A stretch of DNA of 64,000 nt from the human T2T-CHM13v2.0 reference genome, Homo sapiens (GCF_009914755.1 NC_060947.1); one strand, 5' to 3'; positions 12,931 through 27,890 are shown, counted from the first letter of the stretch. Notes: generated by a model not told the origin, from the letters alone. Numbers and translations: made by a program.

Positions 12931-15390
12931 ACACACGTAGAATTTTTTACAAGGTTGATTTTTCACAAATCTTCCACAACTTGCTTAAGCCTTCAGCTTT
13001 ATCCTATCTAACTTAAAACAATGTTTTAACCCTCTAAACTTAGCAAAAAAAATTTACATTTCTTTAACTTCTTATGATATTTTACCAAAAATACATTTCA
13101 CTTTTCTTACACACCTTTTATAAAACTGTTTTTATTTCCCAAAGATTACCTAAGTCACATGAACTAAAAGGCATTACACTTTACTTTTTTGACAAAATAT
13201 TTGATTTAACCTTTTATTATTGTAAACCAATTAAAGCTCTTTCATATATAAACATCACACACAACACGTATAAATACACAGATAAAAGAAGATCCAGTAG
13301 TTGTAAGGGTTTTCATTTGCCAGTTTTAAAGTTTCTCTTTAAAGTATGCAGTTACTAGGGCCTAATAAGCAGGCACAGCTGGAAGGCAAAAGAAATCCCC
13401 CAAAATTAAGGATCTCATTTTTATACTAGATACTGGATCTTAAAAAATAGGGAATCAGCCCATTCCCCATGGGAGTCTTATCTCTCAGGTGGGGGTGGGG
13501 AAATTTCCATAACTTCTAGGTGGTCAAGAGCATGCTTCTCTAATCCAAACATGCAAAGAGCCATGTATTTTTTCATAACTGCCATTAGCTGTTTTCAAAA
13601 GTACATTTTCTACCTAGTTACTACACACCAAGTTTCTCTCATAATGTGATACCCCCAAAAGTCAAAACCATCAGATAACATAATGCAAAACAGAACAGAG
13701 GCTTAGATTTTGAGAGGGATCTATCTGATTTTAATTAAGCTGACTTTTAACCATAGTGCTCTTTAAAGAAAAATTTTTTTAATCTCTTATTACCTGACAT
13801 TAGCCAGGCCAATGGCCAATATTTCTGGCTTTTGAACTTTCTCCCAGGTGAAACTAATAAGCCTTAGCTACTAAGCTACAGCACTGGACAGTTCTATTGC
13901 TCTTCCCAGAAGGATCCTAGAGCAGTCAGTTTTGAGCTTGCATAGGCTTTTAACTGCTCAATATAATTTTTAGGGCTAACTATGACATGAGCCCTCAAAT
14001 TTCTGTTTCCTGGATAGCAGAGACCAAGAGAGTACCACCACATGGTTACAAGGTCAAGCTCCAAAGGATATGAAACAAGATGAGAAGGAAACTTCATCCA
14101 GTTTTTTTGTTGTTTCAGAGACCTGCAGCAGTTTGTAACTGAGATCCTAAGCCCATGTTCTATCCTAAGGTATTCCTCTTTATGACAGAATGATACAGAA
14201 AGACACACAAAGCACACCAGATTTGCTACAGCTGAAGACTAGCCTCACAAATTGTTTTTCCTATTAATCAAAACTTTACAGAGGAGATAAACAGTGATTT
14301 TTACCATTCATTCAACCAGTTTGCATAAAGAAAGAGGACAGAAGTCTGATCAGTAAGAAATCCTTACCCTTTTGCTAACATGTCAGGTTTCTGGGTTCTC
14401 TTTCCCTGAGCAGCCCTAGTAACCTTGCTTGCTACATCAAAGCCCTTGGGGCCAAGCCACAACACAAAAGAATTTTTTTTTTTCTGTTTCATGGAACCGC
14501 AGGCAAAAGCCTCTCAATTTTGCAAGTGGCCACCCAACTGGTTGCATGGGGGACCTGAATTAATATTTTCCATTCAGCCAGAGAAAAATACATATGACAA
14601 ACCATACAAATATTGAGCTGGCAAAGCTCAAACTTGTCCCCTGATGGGCTCTGTCACCTTTAATCCATTCAAAGTGGATTAAAATAGTTTCAACATGTGG
14701 TTCTCTGGGCAAGATGGTCACCCCAAGTAACAGAAAAAATAATAAAGGGAAAGAAGAGAGAGAGAGAAAAGCATTACTTGCTGCAAGGTGGGGAAGGCGA
14801 AGAGCTCAGGGAGGCTAGAGAAAGACCCACCCATTGCAGTGACATTTAATCAAAAGTTCAGGCAGCTGTTTGTTGGTCACAAAGGATCTTCTCCAGCATT
14901 CCCATTAGCTCTCAAGTTTTCCCCTTTAGGGAAAAAAAAGCTCCCCTTATCCCATGATCCTGTACCTGCCTAATCCTGTCACAGCCATCAGCAGAGTGCA
15001 AGGCAGATTAATCCAAAGAGAGTAACAGTTAACATCCCATAGTGTCAAATCAATTTTTTAGCCGACAGGGACTTTATTGAGAGGATCCTCTAACCCCCTA
15101 AATCTTAGGAAGGTCTGTAACCTTCCTAAGTTGGGCCTCAAACCCAAGTTTGGTCAAGTGTCATTGCCTTTTAAGAGGGGCCTTTAACCCTGTCTATCTC
15201 TAGAGAAAGTGCTTTAACCCTCTCTGTTTCTAGGAGAGGCTCTAACTCCCCTAAATTGGGCCTCTAACTCAATCCCATCCTTTACTGGATACCCCACCAC
15301 TTACCCAAAGTCAGTCAATTGTTGCTGCAGTCTATTTCCTTTGGGTCGGGGGTCTCCTCAGTATCATCCCTTCATGGTTCGCCAGGAAGA
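12931..15390 (-). mobile_element. ERV1 MER4-group internal sequence (non-autonomous type), 5' part
   Basis: Follows a MER4-group LTR end and PBS on the minus strand; AT-rich non-coding internal sequence of that type; no retroviral ORF recognisable. Confidence 0.75.
15367..15384 (-). promoter_or_regulatory. Primer binding site, tRNA-Arg-like
   Basis: Minus strand TGGCGAACCATGAAGGGA 6 nt after the LTR end; resembles the Arg PBS TGGCGACCACGAAGGGAC. Confidence 0.6.
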
Positions 15391-15540
15391 TGTTACTAGA
15401 AAGGGGTCCGGATCCAGACCCCAAGAGAGGGTTCTTGGAGCTTGCACAAGAAAGATTTTGAGGTGAATCCATAAAGTGAAAGCAAGTTTATTAAGAAAGT
15501 AAAGAAATAAAAGAATGGCTACTCCATAGCGGAACAGCCA
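15391..15540 (-). mobile_element. 3' portion only of a MER4-group LTR (MER41/MER51/MER61-like)
   Basis: Minus strand ...ggagtagccattc...aataaacttgctttc...ccaagaaccctctcttggggtctggatccggacccctttctagtaaca; the U3 part is absent. Confidence 0.85.
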
Positions 15541-18240
15541 GAGCTCCATTGTATGTTGTTTCCTCTGTCTTGCTGCATTTAAAGGATTCTTTCTGTATTG
15601 TTTACCTTTGGGAGTATGATTATTAAATGTCTTGAGGTAGTCTTCATTAGGATAAATCTGCTTGGTGTTCTATAACTTTCTTGTACTTGGATATTGGTAT
15701 CTTTCTCCAAGTTTGGGGACTTTTCTGTTATTATCACTTTGAATAAACTTACTACTTCTGTCTCTATCTCCTTTTTAAGGCCAATAACTCTTAGATTTGC
15801 CTTTTTGATACTATTTTCTAGATCCTGTTGGCATGCTTTACGGTTTTTTATTTATTTTCATTTTTCTCCTCTGACTGCATTTTCTCATAGCCTTTCTTCA
15901 AAAAGCTAGTTCTTGCTTCTGCTTGATTAATTCTGCTGTTAAAAGACTCATGTATTCTTCAGTATGCCAATTGCTTTTTTCTGCTCCAGAATTTCTTCTA
16001 GATTTTTAATAATTATTTCAATCTCTTTGTTAAATTTATCCGATAGAATTCTGAATTCTTTCTCTTTGTTATCTTGAATTTCTTTGAGTTTCCTCAACAC
16101 AGCTATTTTTAAATGTCTGTTTGAAGGATCACATTTCTCTGTTTCTCCAGGTTTGGTTCCTAGTGCCTTATTTCATTCATTTGATGAGGTCATGTTTTCC
16201 TGGATGCTGTTGATGCTAGTAGATATTCTTTGGTGTCTGTGCATTGAAGAGTTGGGTATTTATTGCAGTCTTAATTGTCTGGGATTATTTGTAGACATCC
16301 TTCTTGAGAAGGTTTTGGAGATATTTTAAAGGGCTTGGGTGTTGTGATCTAAACTGTGTCTGCATATGGGGCATCCTGAGCCTACTAACCCTGTGGTTTT
16401 TGCAGACTCGTAGAGATACCACCTTTTTGGTCTTGGGCAAGATCTGGAAGAATTATCTGTATTTCCAGGCAGAGACTCTTCTTCTTTCTTTAAGTTCTCC
16501 CAAAAAAAAAAAAAAAAAAAAAGAGTCTTTCTCTCTCTGTTCTGAGCCATCTAAAGCTGAGAGTGGAGTGACATAAGCACCCCTGTGGCCACCATCACTA
16601 TGACTGTGCTTCGTCAGACCTGAAGCCATCACAGCACTGGGCATAGCCCAAGGCCTTCTGTAACCACTCGCTGACTACTACCTATGTTCACTCAAGGCCC
16701 TGGAGCTCTACAATCAGGTGGCAAATCCAGCCAGGCCTATGTCCTTCCCTTCAGGATGGCAAGATCACCCAGGCCTTGGATGGGTCCAGAGGTGCTGTCC
16801 TAGAGTCAGGGACTAGAGTCAAAAACCTTAGAAGCCTACCTGGTGTTCTATGGTATTGTGGCTAAGTTGGCACTGAAACCATAAGACGCAGTCCTTCCCA
16901 CTCTTCTTCCCTTTCCAAAGGCAGAGGAGCTTGACCCCATAGCCACTGCCACCTCATGCCACGAAGAATTCTACCGGAGCACCAGCCAATGTTTCCTTCA
17001 GCCCCAAGGGCTCTTAAGTCAGCTTGTGGTGAAAGCTGCCCAGCCTTCAAATCACCCTTCAGGGCAGTGTGCTCTCCTCTGGCCCATGGTAGGTTGAGAA
17101 ATGCTGTCCAAGAGTCAAGTCTTGAAATCAGAGACCCCAAGAGCCAGCTTGGTGCTCTGCCCTTCCCTGGTCGTGGTGGTATCTAAGAAAGTCTTCTTTA
17201 CTTTGCCCTCTGCTTTTCTTAGTCAGGAGTTTTGCCCCACAGCCACTGCTGGTAATGTGCTGAGTCTCACCTGAAGCCAGCAAGTCTCAGAGGCTCACCC
17301 AAGGCCCTCGATGTTGTACCTGGGTATTGCTGCTGGTTATTTCGAGTTCAAGAGCTCTTCAGTCAGCAGGTGATAAATGTTGCCAGGACTTGGTCCTTTC
17401 CTTCAAGGCAGTGGGTTCCCTTCTGGCCCAGGGTGTGTCTAGAAATGTCTAGGAGCTAGGTCCTGGAACGGGAGCCTCACAACTGTCTGGTGGCCTGTTC
17501 TGCTGTGGCTAAGATAGTATCCAAGATGGAAGACAAAGTTCTCCCCACTCTTTCCTTTGCTCTCAAGTTGAAGGAGGGGGTCTCTTTTGAAGCCAAGAGC
17601 TGTGCAGCCTGAGTTTAGGGAAGTCATGATACCAGCACTCCCTTGACCGCTCCAGCTGGCGTCTCAGCATGTTGTGTGACTCACAGTCCACTGTTTCTGG
17701 GACTATTTCAGCACTAGGACTCACCTAAAAGTTTCAGTCCTTATGGGGTAGACCACCTTTCAAGTTTACCTGGAGACAGAGGGCTGTAGCCCTTTGTGGC
17801 AAGGTTTGTAGAAACTCAAGTTCCGAATACTGGAATCTGCGATTCCCCTCTGGCTAGGGCTGGTTTGAATGCTCCCTCCGTGAGTGGGTGGGCATCAGCT
17901 GAGTTTGGTCCAGTTTTTCTATCTGCTCTAGCAGGACAGCACTGTGTTCAGTGCCTCACACTTGCTGTGTTCTTTCTTCCCTAGCAGGCAGAGATGCTCT
18001 CTGCACCACACCACTGTTGTCAGGGTTGGGGGAGGGGTGGCTTCTGTGATTCTGGAGTGTTTTTTGTATCTCTTCAGTGCCTCTTTCAGTGATATGAAGT
18101 TAAAACCAGGTACTATGAGTGCTCACCTAATTTTGGGTTCTTATGAAAGTGTTATTTCTTTATAGATAGTTGTTAACTATCTATCCTTGTGGGGGTGAGG
18201 ACGATTGGTGGAGCCTTCTATTGTGCCATTTTTCTCCCAA
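15541..18240 (-). mobile_element. Old L1M ORF1 remnant and 5'UTR (probably the same element as 8711-9068)
   Basis: ORF1-type antisense sequence at 15541-16350, GC-richer 5'UTR, degenerate 5' terminus ctattgtgccatttt at ~18220-18232; internal A run at 16502-16522. Confidence 0.7.
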
Positions 18241-20708
18241 TATTTTTTTAATTTTTGAGGAAACTCCATACTCTTCTACCTATTGACTCTACTAGCTTAT
18301 ATTACCACCAGTAGAGTTCAAGATTCTCTTTACTATATTTCCTTGCCCACACTTGTTATCTTTTTTTAAATAATAGGCATCCTAATAGGTTTTAGGTAAT
18401 ACATCATTGTGGTGTTGATTTGCATTCTCTGGTGATCAGTGATGTTGAGCACGTTTTCATATACCTGTTGGCCATTTATATGTCTTTTTTCTTTTGCTCA
18501 TTTTTTAATCAGGATTTTTTTTTCTATTCAGTTATTTTTCTTTCATGATGTTCTTATATATTTTGGATGTTAACCTCATATCAGATATATTGTTGGCATT
18601 TATGTTCTCACATTCCATAGATTGCCTTTTTATTTTGTTGATTGTCTCCTTGGCTGTGCAGAGGCTTTTTAGTTTGATGTTGTCTGTCTTATTGTTGCTT
18701 TTGTTGCCTGTGTTTTTTAAAATCACAACTCAAAAATCATTGTCAATAGCAATGTTAGTGGGCTTATTCCCTAAGTTTTCTTTTAGGAGTTTTACATTTT
18801 TAAGTCATGTTTAAATGTTTAATTTATTTTTAGTTAATTTTTGTATGGTATAAGACAAGTGTACAGTTTCATTCCTTTGCAAATGGATATACAGTTCCCC
18901 AACACCATGTATTGAAAAGATTATCCTTTTTCCAATGTGTATGCTTGTTTTCCTTTTCAAAAATTAGTTGACCATATATGCATGAGTTTATTTCTGGGCT
19001 CTGTTGGTGTATTTGTCTACTTTTATGTCAGTATCATACTGTTTTGATTACTATAGCTTGAAAGTATAGTTTGAAATCAGGAAGATTAGGGACTCCAGCT
19101 TTGTTCTTTATTCTCAAGATTCTTTTGGCTATCCAAGATCTTCTGTGGTTCCATGTAAATTTTAGGATTGTTTTTTTCTATTTCTGTGGGAAGAAAATGC
19201 CATTGGAATTTTCATAGGATTGCATTGAATCTGTAGATTGCTTTGGGTAGTATGGACATTTTAGCCATATAAATTCTTCCAGTCCATGAATGAGATATCT
19301 TTTTGTGTATTTGTGTCTTCTTCAATTTCTTTCATTAGTGTTTTATACTTCACTATACAAATATTTCATCTCCTTAGTCAGCTATTGTAAACTGAATTGT
19401 TTTCTTAATTCCTCTTTTGGATAGTTTATACTGTATAAAAACACAACTGTTTTTGTATGTTGTTTTTGTATTCAAACCTTTACTGAATTCATTTTACAGT
19501 GCTAACAATTTTTTGGTGGGGTCTTTATAGGATTTTCTATATATAGAATTATGTCATTAGCAAACAAAATTTTACTTCTTTTAGATTTTGTTGCCTTTTA
19601 ATTTTAATTAACTTATTTATTTACTTATTGCCTAATTGCACTGGCTATGACTTCCAGTAGTAAGTTGAACAAAAGTGTCAAGAGTAGGCATCCTTGTCTT
19701 ATTCCTCAGGATTTCATCATTGCATATGATGTTACCTGTGTGCTTGTCATATATGGCCTTTATTATATTGAGTATATTTTTATTTACCTATATGTTGAGA
19801 ATTTTTATTATGAAATGATGTTGAATTTTGTTAATGTTCTTTCTGTACATATTAATATGATCATGATTTTTATCCTTCATTCTTTTAGTATTGTTTACTG
19901 CATTTATTGATTTGAGTATGTTGACCCATCCTTGCATTCCAGAGAAAAATCTTACATGATTGTGGTGTATGATCCTTTCAATGTGCTGTTGAATTTGGTT
20001 TGCTGATATTGTGTTCAAGATTTTTGCATCTATTTGCTTCAGGGATATTGGCCTATAATTTTAATTTCCTCTTGTGTCCTTGCCTAGCTTTGGTATCAGG
20101 GTAATGCTGGCCTTGTAGAATATATTTGGAATTGTTTCCTCCTATTCAGTTTTTTGGAACAGTTTGAGAAGGATTGGCATTAATTAGTTTTTCAGTGCTT
20201 GGTAGAATTTACCCATGAAGCCATCTGATCCTGTGCTTTTCTTTGTTGGAAGATATTTGAGTACTGATTTTATCTCCTTGCTCTTTTTTGTTTTGTTCAT
20301 ATTTTCTGTTTCTTCACGGTTAGTCTTGGTGTTTCTTGGTATATTATATTTCTCTAGGAATTTAGCCATTTATTCTAGGCTATCCAGTTTGTTGACTTAT
20401 AATTGTTCATAATAGTGTCTTCTGACCTATTGTATTTCTCTGTTATCAGTTGTAATGGCTCTTCTTTCATTTATGATTTTATTTATTTGAGTGTTCTCCT
20501 TTTTTCTTGGTTAAGCTAGCAAAAGGTTTGTCAATTTTCTTTATCTTTTCAAAAAGACTCATAGTTTTTTGGATCTTTTAAATTGTTTTTCTAGATTCTA
20601 TTTTATTTATTTCTGTTCCTATCTTTATTATTTCCTTCATTCTGCTAACTTTGGGCTTGCTTTATTCTATTCTTGCTATTTACTTGAGGTGTAAAATTAG
20701 GTTGTTTA

Positions 20709-21004
20709 GGCTGGGCGTAGTGGCTCACACCTGTAATCTCAACACTTTGGGAGGCTTAGGCGGGCAGATCACCTGAGGTTGGGTGTTCGAGACCAGCCTG
20801 GCCAACCTGTTTAAACCCCATCTCTACTAAAAATACAAAAAAAAAAATTAGCTGGGTGTGGTGGCACATGCCTGTAATTCCAGCTACTCAGGAGGCTGAG
20901 GCAGGAGAATCACTTGAATCCAGGAAGCAGAGGTTACAGTGAGCTGAGATTGCAGACTGCACTCCAGCCTGAGCAACAGAGACTCCATCTCAAAAAAAAA
21001 AAAA
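20709..21004 (+). mobile_element. AluS (Sq/Sx-like) full dimer
   Basis: ggctgggcg...cacctgaggt...A-rich linker...poly(A). Confidence 0.95.
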
Positions 21005-22046
21005 GTTATTTGATATCTTTTTTAATGTAAGCATTTATCACTATAAACTTTCCTCTTAGAACTGCTTTTGTTGCATCTCATAAGTTGTGATATGTTTTGT
21101 TTCCATTTTTGTTCATCTCAGAATTGTTTTCAAACTTTCCTTTTGATTTTTTTGACCCATTGGTTGTGCAGAAGTATCTTGCCTAATTTCCACATATTTG
21201 TGAGTTTTCCAATTTTTATCCTGTTATTTCTAGTTCTGTACAATTGTATTAGGAAAATATACTTGATATGATTTTAATCTTGTGAAATTTGTTAAGACTC
21301 ATTTTCTGGCCTAATGTATGCTCTGTTCTGGAGAATGCTCTATATGCAATTGAGAAGATTGTGTATTCTGCTGTTGTTGGATGGAATTTTCTGCGAATGT
21401 CTGTTAGGTCTATTTGTTTTACATTCTTATTCAAGTCCACTCTTTCCATACTGATTTTCTGTCTGTATGATTTATCCATTGTTGCAAGTGGTTTATAAAT
21501 GTATATTTATGTGCTCTGAACTTGGGAGCATATGCATTTATAGTATCTTCTTGATATATATTCTCTTGATAAATTGACCACTTTATTATATAGTGTCCAT
21601 TGTTTCTTGTGACAGATTGTGACTGAAAATATTTTTTCCAGTATAATTACCCCTGCTAATTTTTGTCCACTATTTGCATGGACTGTCTTTTTCCATTCTT
21701 CACTTTCAGCCTAGTGTGTGTCTCGTGAGCAGCATATAATAGGGTGTTGTTTGTTAATGCATTCAGCAACTCTATTTTTCTATTGGAGAGTTTAATTTGT
21801 TGACATTTAAATTAATTATTGGTAGGTAAGGACTTGTTATTGCTATTTTTTAAAACATTTCCTGACTGGTTCGTAGTTTCTTCCTCTTTTGCTGTCCTCC
21901 TTTTCATTTGTTGATTTTTTTTCCATAGTAGTATGCTTTTATTTTTTTTCTCTCATCTTTTGTGTGTCTACTATAGGTTTTATTCTTTGGAAGTTACCAT
22001 GAGGTTATTTTTTCCTTTTTATGTTATGTATCCATTGACAAATTAA

Positions 22047-22430
<384 letters not shown>

Positions 22431-24460
22431 GGTATTGTTATTTTTAACTTGACTCTGCTTACCTTTACTGTGAGTTTTATACTTTTATATGTTTTTATGT
22501 TGCTAATAAGCATTCTTTTATTTCAACTTGAAAAACCTCGTTTAGCATTTCTTACAAGGCAGATTTACTGGTGATGAACTTACATCCCTCCCCCCACTGC
22601 CCCCCCACATTTGTGTAGAAATCTCTTTATCTCCTTCATTTCTAAAGGACAGCTTTACTAGGTACAGTATTATTGATTGGCAGGTTTTTTTTCCTTCAGC
22701 AGTTTGAATATATGATCTCACTCTCTTATGGCTTATAAGGTTTCTGCTGAGAAATCTGCTGATTTTCTTATTGGGGCAATGGTGAATAGTTCCCTTAGAT
22801 GTGATGAGTTGTTTTCACTTTCAAAATCGTCTGTTTTTGACTTTTGACAATTTCATTAAAACATGTCTCAGTGAAGACCTCTTGGCTCTCAACCTATTTG
22901 GAGTTCTTTAAGCTTCATGCATCTGGATGTCCATTTCCTTTTCCAGATTTGGGAAGTTTTCCATCATTATTTATTTAAATAAGCTTTCTGTTCTTTCTCT
23001 TTTTCTGCTCCTTCATTGACTCCCAGAATGTTTATATTGGTTCACTTGCTTTTGTCCAATAAGTCTCGTTGGCTTTCTTTACTCATTCTCATTTTTTTTT
23101 CTTTTTCTCCCTATAACTGGATAATTTCAAATGATCTGTCTTTGAGGATGCTGATATTGTACTCAGCTTGATCAAGTCAGACATTGGTGGTCTTTATTGA
23201 ATTTTTCTTTTCAGTCATTGTGATTTTCAGCTCCAGGATTTCTGGGTTTTTTTAATAGATTTTTTACTGCTTTTTTGAAGTTTTCATTTTGTTCATGTAT
23301 TGTTTTTCTGATATTGTGTAATTTTCTGTGTTCTGTTCTTAATGAGTTTCCTTAAGATGATTATTTTGAATTTTTGTCAAGCTCTTTGTGGATTCTCTAT
23401 TTATTCAGGGTCTTCACTGGAACTTTATTTTATTATTTTTGTGGTATCATATTTCCTTGATTCTTTATTTTCCTTTTAGCCACACATTGCCATCTTCACA
23501 GTTGAAGGAACACTCACCTTCTCCAGTCTTTACTCTTTGGCTTCAGGAGAGATAGACCTTTACCAATGAGCCTAGGTAGAGATTCCAAAGGTCTCTCAGA
23601 ACTTTTCTGTGAATGTGCCCACCTGCTTCACTTGTTCTGTCCTAGGGGACAAGTGTTAGGATTGTGTGCCTTTACTCTATCCTGTCAAGCCAGGTATGGT
23701 GATAAGCCTCCTGTTTCTTTTCCCTATGGCACTGCCCAAGCATGAACAAGGTTGCATGCCTTTTCTCAGACCAAAAGAGTCAAGCCAGCTATTAAGATAT
23801 GTACCTGCTATTGAGATTCGAGTACTGTCTGTGGGAGGTCAGGCAGGCTGTGCTCAGGGAAGTATGGGCACCATCCACAAGGTTGTAGGGGTTCATTAAG
23901 TGCTCACAGCTCATGTTGGCTAGTTGGGGGGTTCCTCAGGCAAGTCATTCTTCAGATTTCTTGGGTGGGCCTTGTGGTGGAGTCTTTAAGCAAGTTAACA
24001 GGATCTATAGCCACTGTTTTAAACTGCACACTGATTGTTGTGCTCTCCCTCCCCTTCTTTTTGCTTCTTGTTGTCCCCAGGCAATTTAACCATACAGATT
24101 CCCTCAGTATTCAAGGTGCAGAGAGATAGATATGGCCTCCTGGGCCATATCCTGCAAGTCTGAGGAAGCAAAATGTTAACTAACTTTTCTCCGTGGTAGA
24201 AATTGCAGGTTAAGGAGGGGGGCTTTTTTGGCATCAAGCTGTGCCATCTTGGTGGAGAGATGACATGGGTAAATTGAAACTGTAGTTTTTACCCTCTTTA
24301 ATGCATCCACTTTCAGGATTTTTGCTGTATTACAGTGCTGAAACCTTAGTTAGACTCTGGCTCCCACAAAAGTATTCTCATCTATGGGTGGTTGCCAAAA
24401 CTAGTGTATCTGTAGGGGAATGAAAGCTGGAACCTCTTGTTCTGCCATCTTGGTGGTGTT

Positions 24461-27400
24461 ACTCTTTAATTTTTCAAATGTTTGTTTTGCATCAATGTAA
24501 ATGATCATGTGGTTGTTTTCATTCATTCTGTTAATGTAGTATATCACACTGGCTTTCATATGATGAATCATTCTTGCATTGCAGGAATACATCATACTCG
24601 ATCATGGTTTACAATCCTTTTATTATGCTACTGACTTTGATTTGCTTCTATTTTGTTGTGAATTTTTGCATCAGTATCAATAAGGGATGTAAGACTAGTT
24701 TTCTTTCTTTGTAGTGTGTTTGAATAGCTTTGTTAAATGGGTAATGTCCTCAGAGAATCAGTTAAGTGTTCTTTCAATTTTTGGAAGAGTTTGAGAAGGA
24801 CTGGTGTTAATTCTTTAAATGTTAGGAATAATTTGCCAATGAAGTCATATTGTCTAGGTCTTTCATTTGGGGGAGGTTTTTTTTCTGATTAAATCATCTT
24901 ACTACCTATTGTGTTCTATTTAGGTTTTCTGTTTATTCCTGATTCAGCCTTAGTAGTTTTTGTGTTTCTAAGAATTTAGCCATTTCATTTAGGCTAGCCA
25001 ATTTGCATATAGTTATTTACCATATTCTCTTACAATTCATTTTTTATTTTTTTAAACCAGTAGTAAAGTCCCCACATTTATTTCTGATTTTATTGAGTCT
25101 TCTCTTTTTTCTTCATCAGTCTAGCTAAAGGTTTGTCAATTTTGTTTATCTTTTTCAATAACTAACTTTTGGGTTATCCTGGAGGATGTTTCTTGTACCG
25201 TTGAAAATAATGTGTATTCTGCTGTTGGATGGAGTGTTGTGTATATGTCTCTTAGGTCCTGTTGGCTCATGATGTTATTCAAGTACTCTCTTTTCTTTCT
25301 CTCTTGTTGTTAACATCATTATTGAAAGTGGTGTATGGAAGTCTGAAGCTATTATCGCTTCAATTTTGTCAGTATTTGCTTCATATGGTTAGATCTGTGA
25401 TGTTTGGTATATATCTTTTTATACTTTTTATGTATTCTTAGCTGCTACATTGACCATTTTTTAATATGTTGTTCTTTGTCACTTGTAAGATTTTTACTTA
25501 AGGCCAATTTGGTCTGACATTAGTGTATTTATTTTTGCTCTCTTTTGGTTACTATTAGCATGTAATATTTTTTATCATTTTATTTTCCATTTATTTGTGT
25601 ATTTAATCCAAAGTGAGTCTTTATAGATAGCATTTCTTTATGTGTTATATTTCTAAAAATGAGGTCTTACTGTGTTGTCCCAGCTGGAGTGAGGTGGCTA
25701 TTCACAGGAATGATCACAGTGCAGTACAGCCTCAAACTCCTAGCCTCAAGCAATCTTCCTGCTTTAGACTCCTGAGAGGCTGGAACTACAGGTACCCACT
25801 GCTGCACCCAACTGAGAGCACTTTTTATCCACTCCCCCAATCTCTGAAATTTTGGTAGAGAGTTTAATCAATGTACATTTAAAAAAATATGGTAAGTAAA
25901 AACTTACTTTGCCATTTATTTCTTTTCTTCATGTCTTATAACTGTTTTGTCCCTTATTGCTTTCCCTTACTACCATTTTCTGTTTAGTTCTTTTTTTTTG
26001 TAATGACACATTTTTATTTTCTTCTAATTGTCTTTTGTGTTTATTTTATAGATATTATCTCTGTGGTTACCGTGGAGGTTACATAGGACATTAAAAATTT
26101 ACAAGAATCCACTTTAAATTAATAACAACTGAACATAAATCAGATACAGAATCTCTATTTATATATATATCTGTTCCTCTGACACTTTGTTATTGATGTC
26201 ACAAATTACATTGTATATATTGTATACCCACTAGTGTAGGCTCACAATTATTTTATGTGTTTATCATTTGTTTTATAGAAATAAAAAATGCAGTATATTA
26301 CAATATAATAATAATGATGTCTTTTATATGTGTGCATGTGTTTACCTTTACCAGAGATGTTTATATTGACCTCTGGCATTGAGTTACTTTCTAGCATCGT
26401 TTAGCATTTTTTGTAGGGCAGATCTAATGGTAATGTACTTCCTTAGCTTTTGTTTATCTTAGAACGTCTTAATTTTTCCTTTATTTTTGAAGGAAAGTTT
26501 TGCTGCATATGGAATTCTATGTTAACAGGTGTTTTTATTGCAATACTTTAAGTATATCTTCACTGCCTTCTTGCCTCCAAAGTTTCTTCTGAGAAATCAG
26601 CAAAAATCTTGCTGAGGATCCCTTGTATATGACAAGTTACTTCTCTTGCTGATTTTAAGTTTTTTTTTTTTTTTGGTCTTTTTCTTTTGATAGTTGGAGT
26701 AGGTCTTGGTGTTGGTCTCTTTGGATTTATCACACTTGGACATCATTGAGCTTGGATTTGGAAATTCATTTCATTCATTAAATTTGGGAAGGTTTTAGCC
26801 ATAATTTCTTCAAAGTTTCTGCTCCTATATCCCAAGTCTCTTCTTGGAAGCCCATAATACACATATTTGTCCATTTAATGGTGTCTCACAAGTCCCATAG
26901 TCCCTGCTCATTTTTCTTCATTTTCTTTCTTCTCTTCAGATTCAGTAACTTCATTGTCCTAACTTCTGCTTTGTTGATTCTTCTGCCTGCTCAACTCTGC
27001 TCTTCAACTCCCTCTATTGAATTTCTATTTCAGTTATTGTGTTTTTCAACTCCAGAATTTGGTGTGGTTTCTTTTTACATATTCTATCTCTTTTTTTAAA
27101 TTTTAATTTTATCATTTTCTTAATTTTATTTTTGTATTTATGTTTTTCTTTAGTTCTTTAACAATATTTAAGAAAGCTCTTTTAAAGTCTTTGTCACATA
27201 AGTGCAATGTCTGAACTTTCTTGTGGATGTTTTCTGCCAGTTTATTTGTTCCTAGGAGTGGGCTATGCCTTCTTGTTTTCTTGTATGCCCTGTTATCTCG
27301 TTGTTGTTGAACACTGGGAATTTGAAAAAACCTCATCTGCCAATCTTTGCAGACTGGCTCTGTTCAGGAGCAGTTCTTAACAGATTACCAGAGCTTGATC

Positions 27401-27890
27401 TTAGCGTAGGAATGAGATGAAAAGCTAAGATCTTCTCAGGTATTTTCTGAGTATGCATCTTGCCTGGGCCTGTGTGTGGCTTTCTCAATTCCCCGTATAC
27501 ATGACTGTGTTTCATTGTCTTAATTTCACAACCAGTCTCATCTTTGGAACTTTAGCTGGTCTGTTTTTATGTATTGACTTGTAATCTCTTGCCCTAGCCT
27601 TCTACATGTCTGTTGCCTCTCTGCAGTGTTTATCAGGAGTGCCTTCTGCTTTCCCCACCTGAGATCCAAGGTAGGTAAAAAAGAGATCAGTCCTTCAGTT
27701 TGTCTTCAGACAGGTTAGAACATTGGAAATAACGTCTGCTCTTCTTTCTCTGTTTCAAGAGAGAGAATTGAGATCTGAGTTCCTACCTCATTCAGACCAA
27801 GAATTCTGCCATACATGGTGGGGTAAGGCAAGGAGAGAGCAAGGAAAAATGCCACAAAACCTTTCCCCCCATTTTGAAGATGTCTTTTCT
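24461..27890 (-). mobile_element. Very old L1M fragments (ORF2, inter-ORF, ORF1/5' region)
   Basis: Degenerate antisense L1 motifs (tttggaagagtttgagaagg, aagtttcttctgagaaatc, aatttgggaaggttttagcc). Confidence 0.6.
25640..25812 (-). mobile_element. FAM (fossil Alu monomer)
   Basis: Single monomer retaining the 7SL-derived segment gtggctattcacagg that dimeric Alus lack. Confidence 0.8.
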
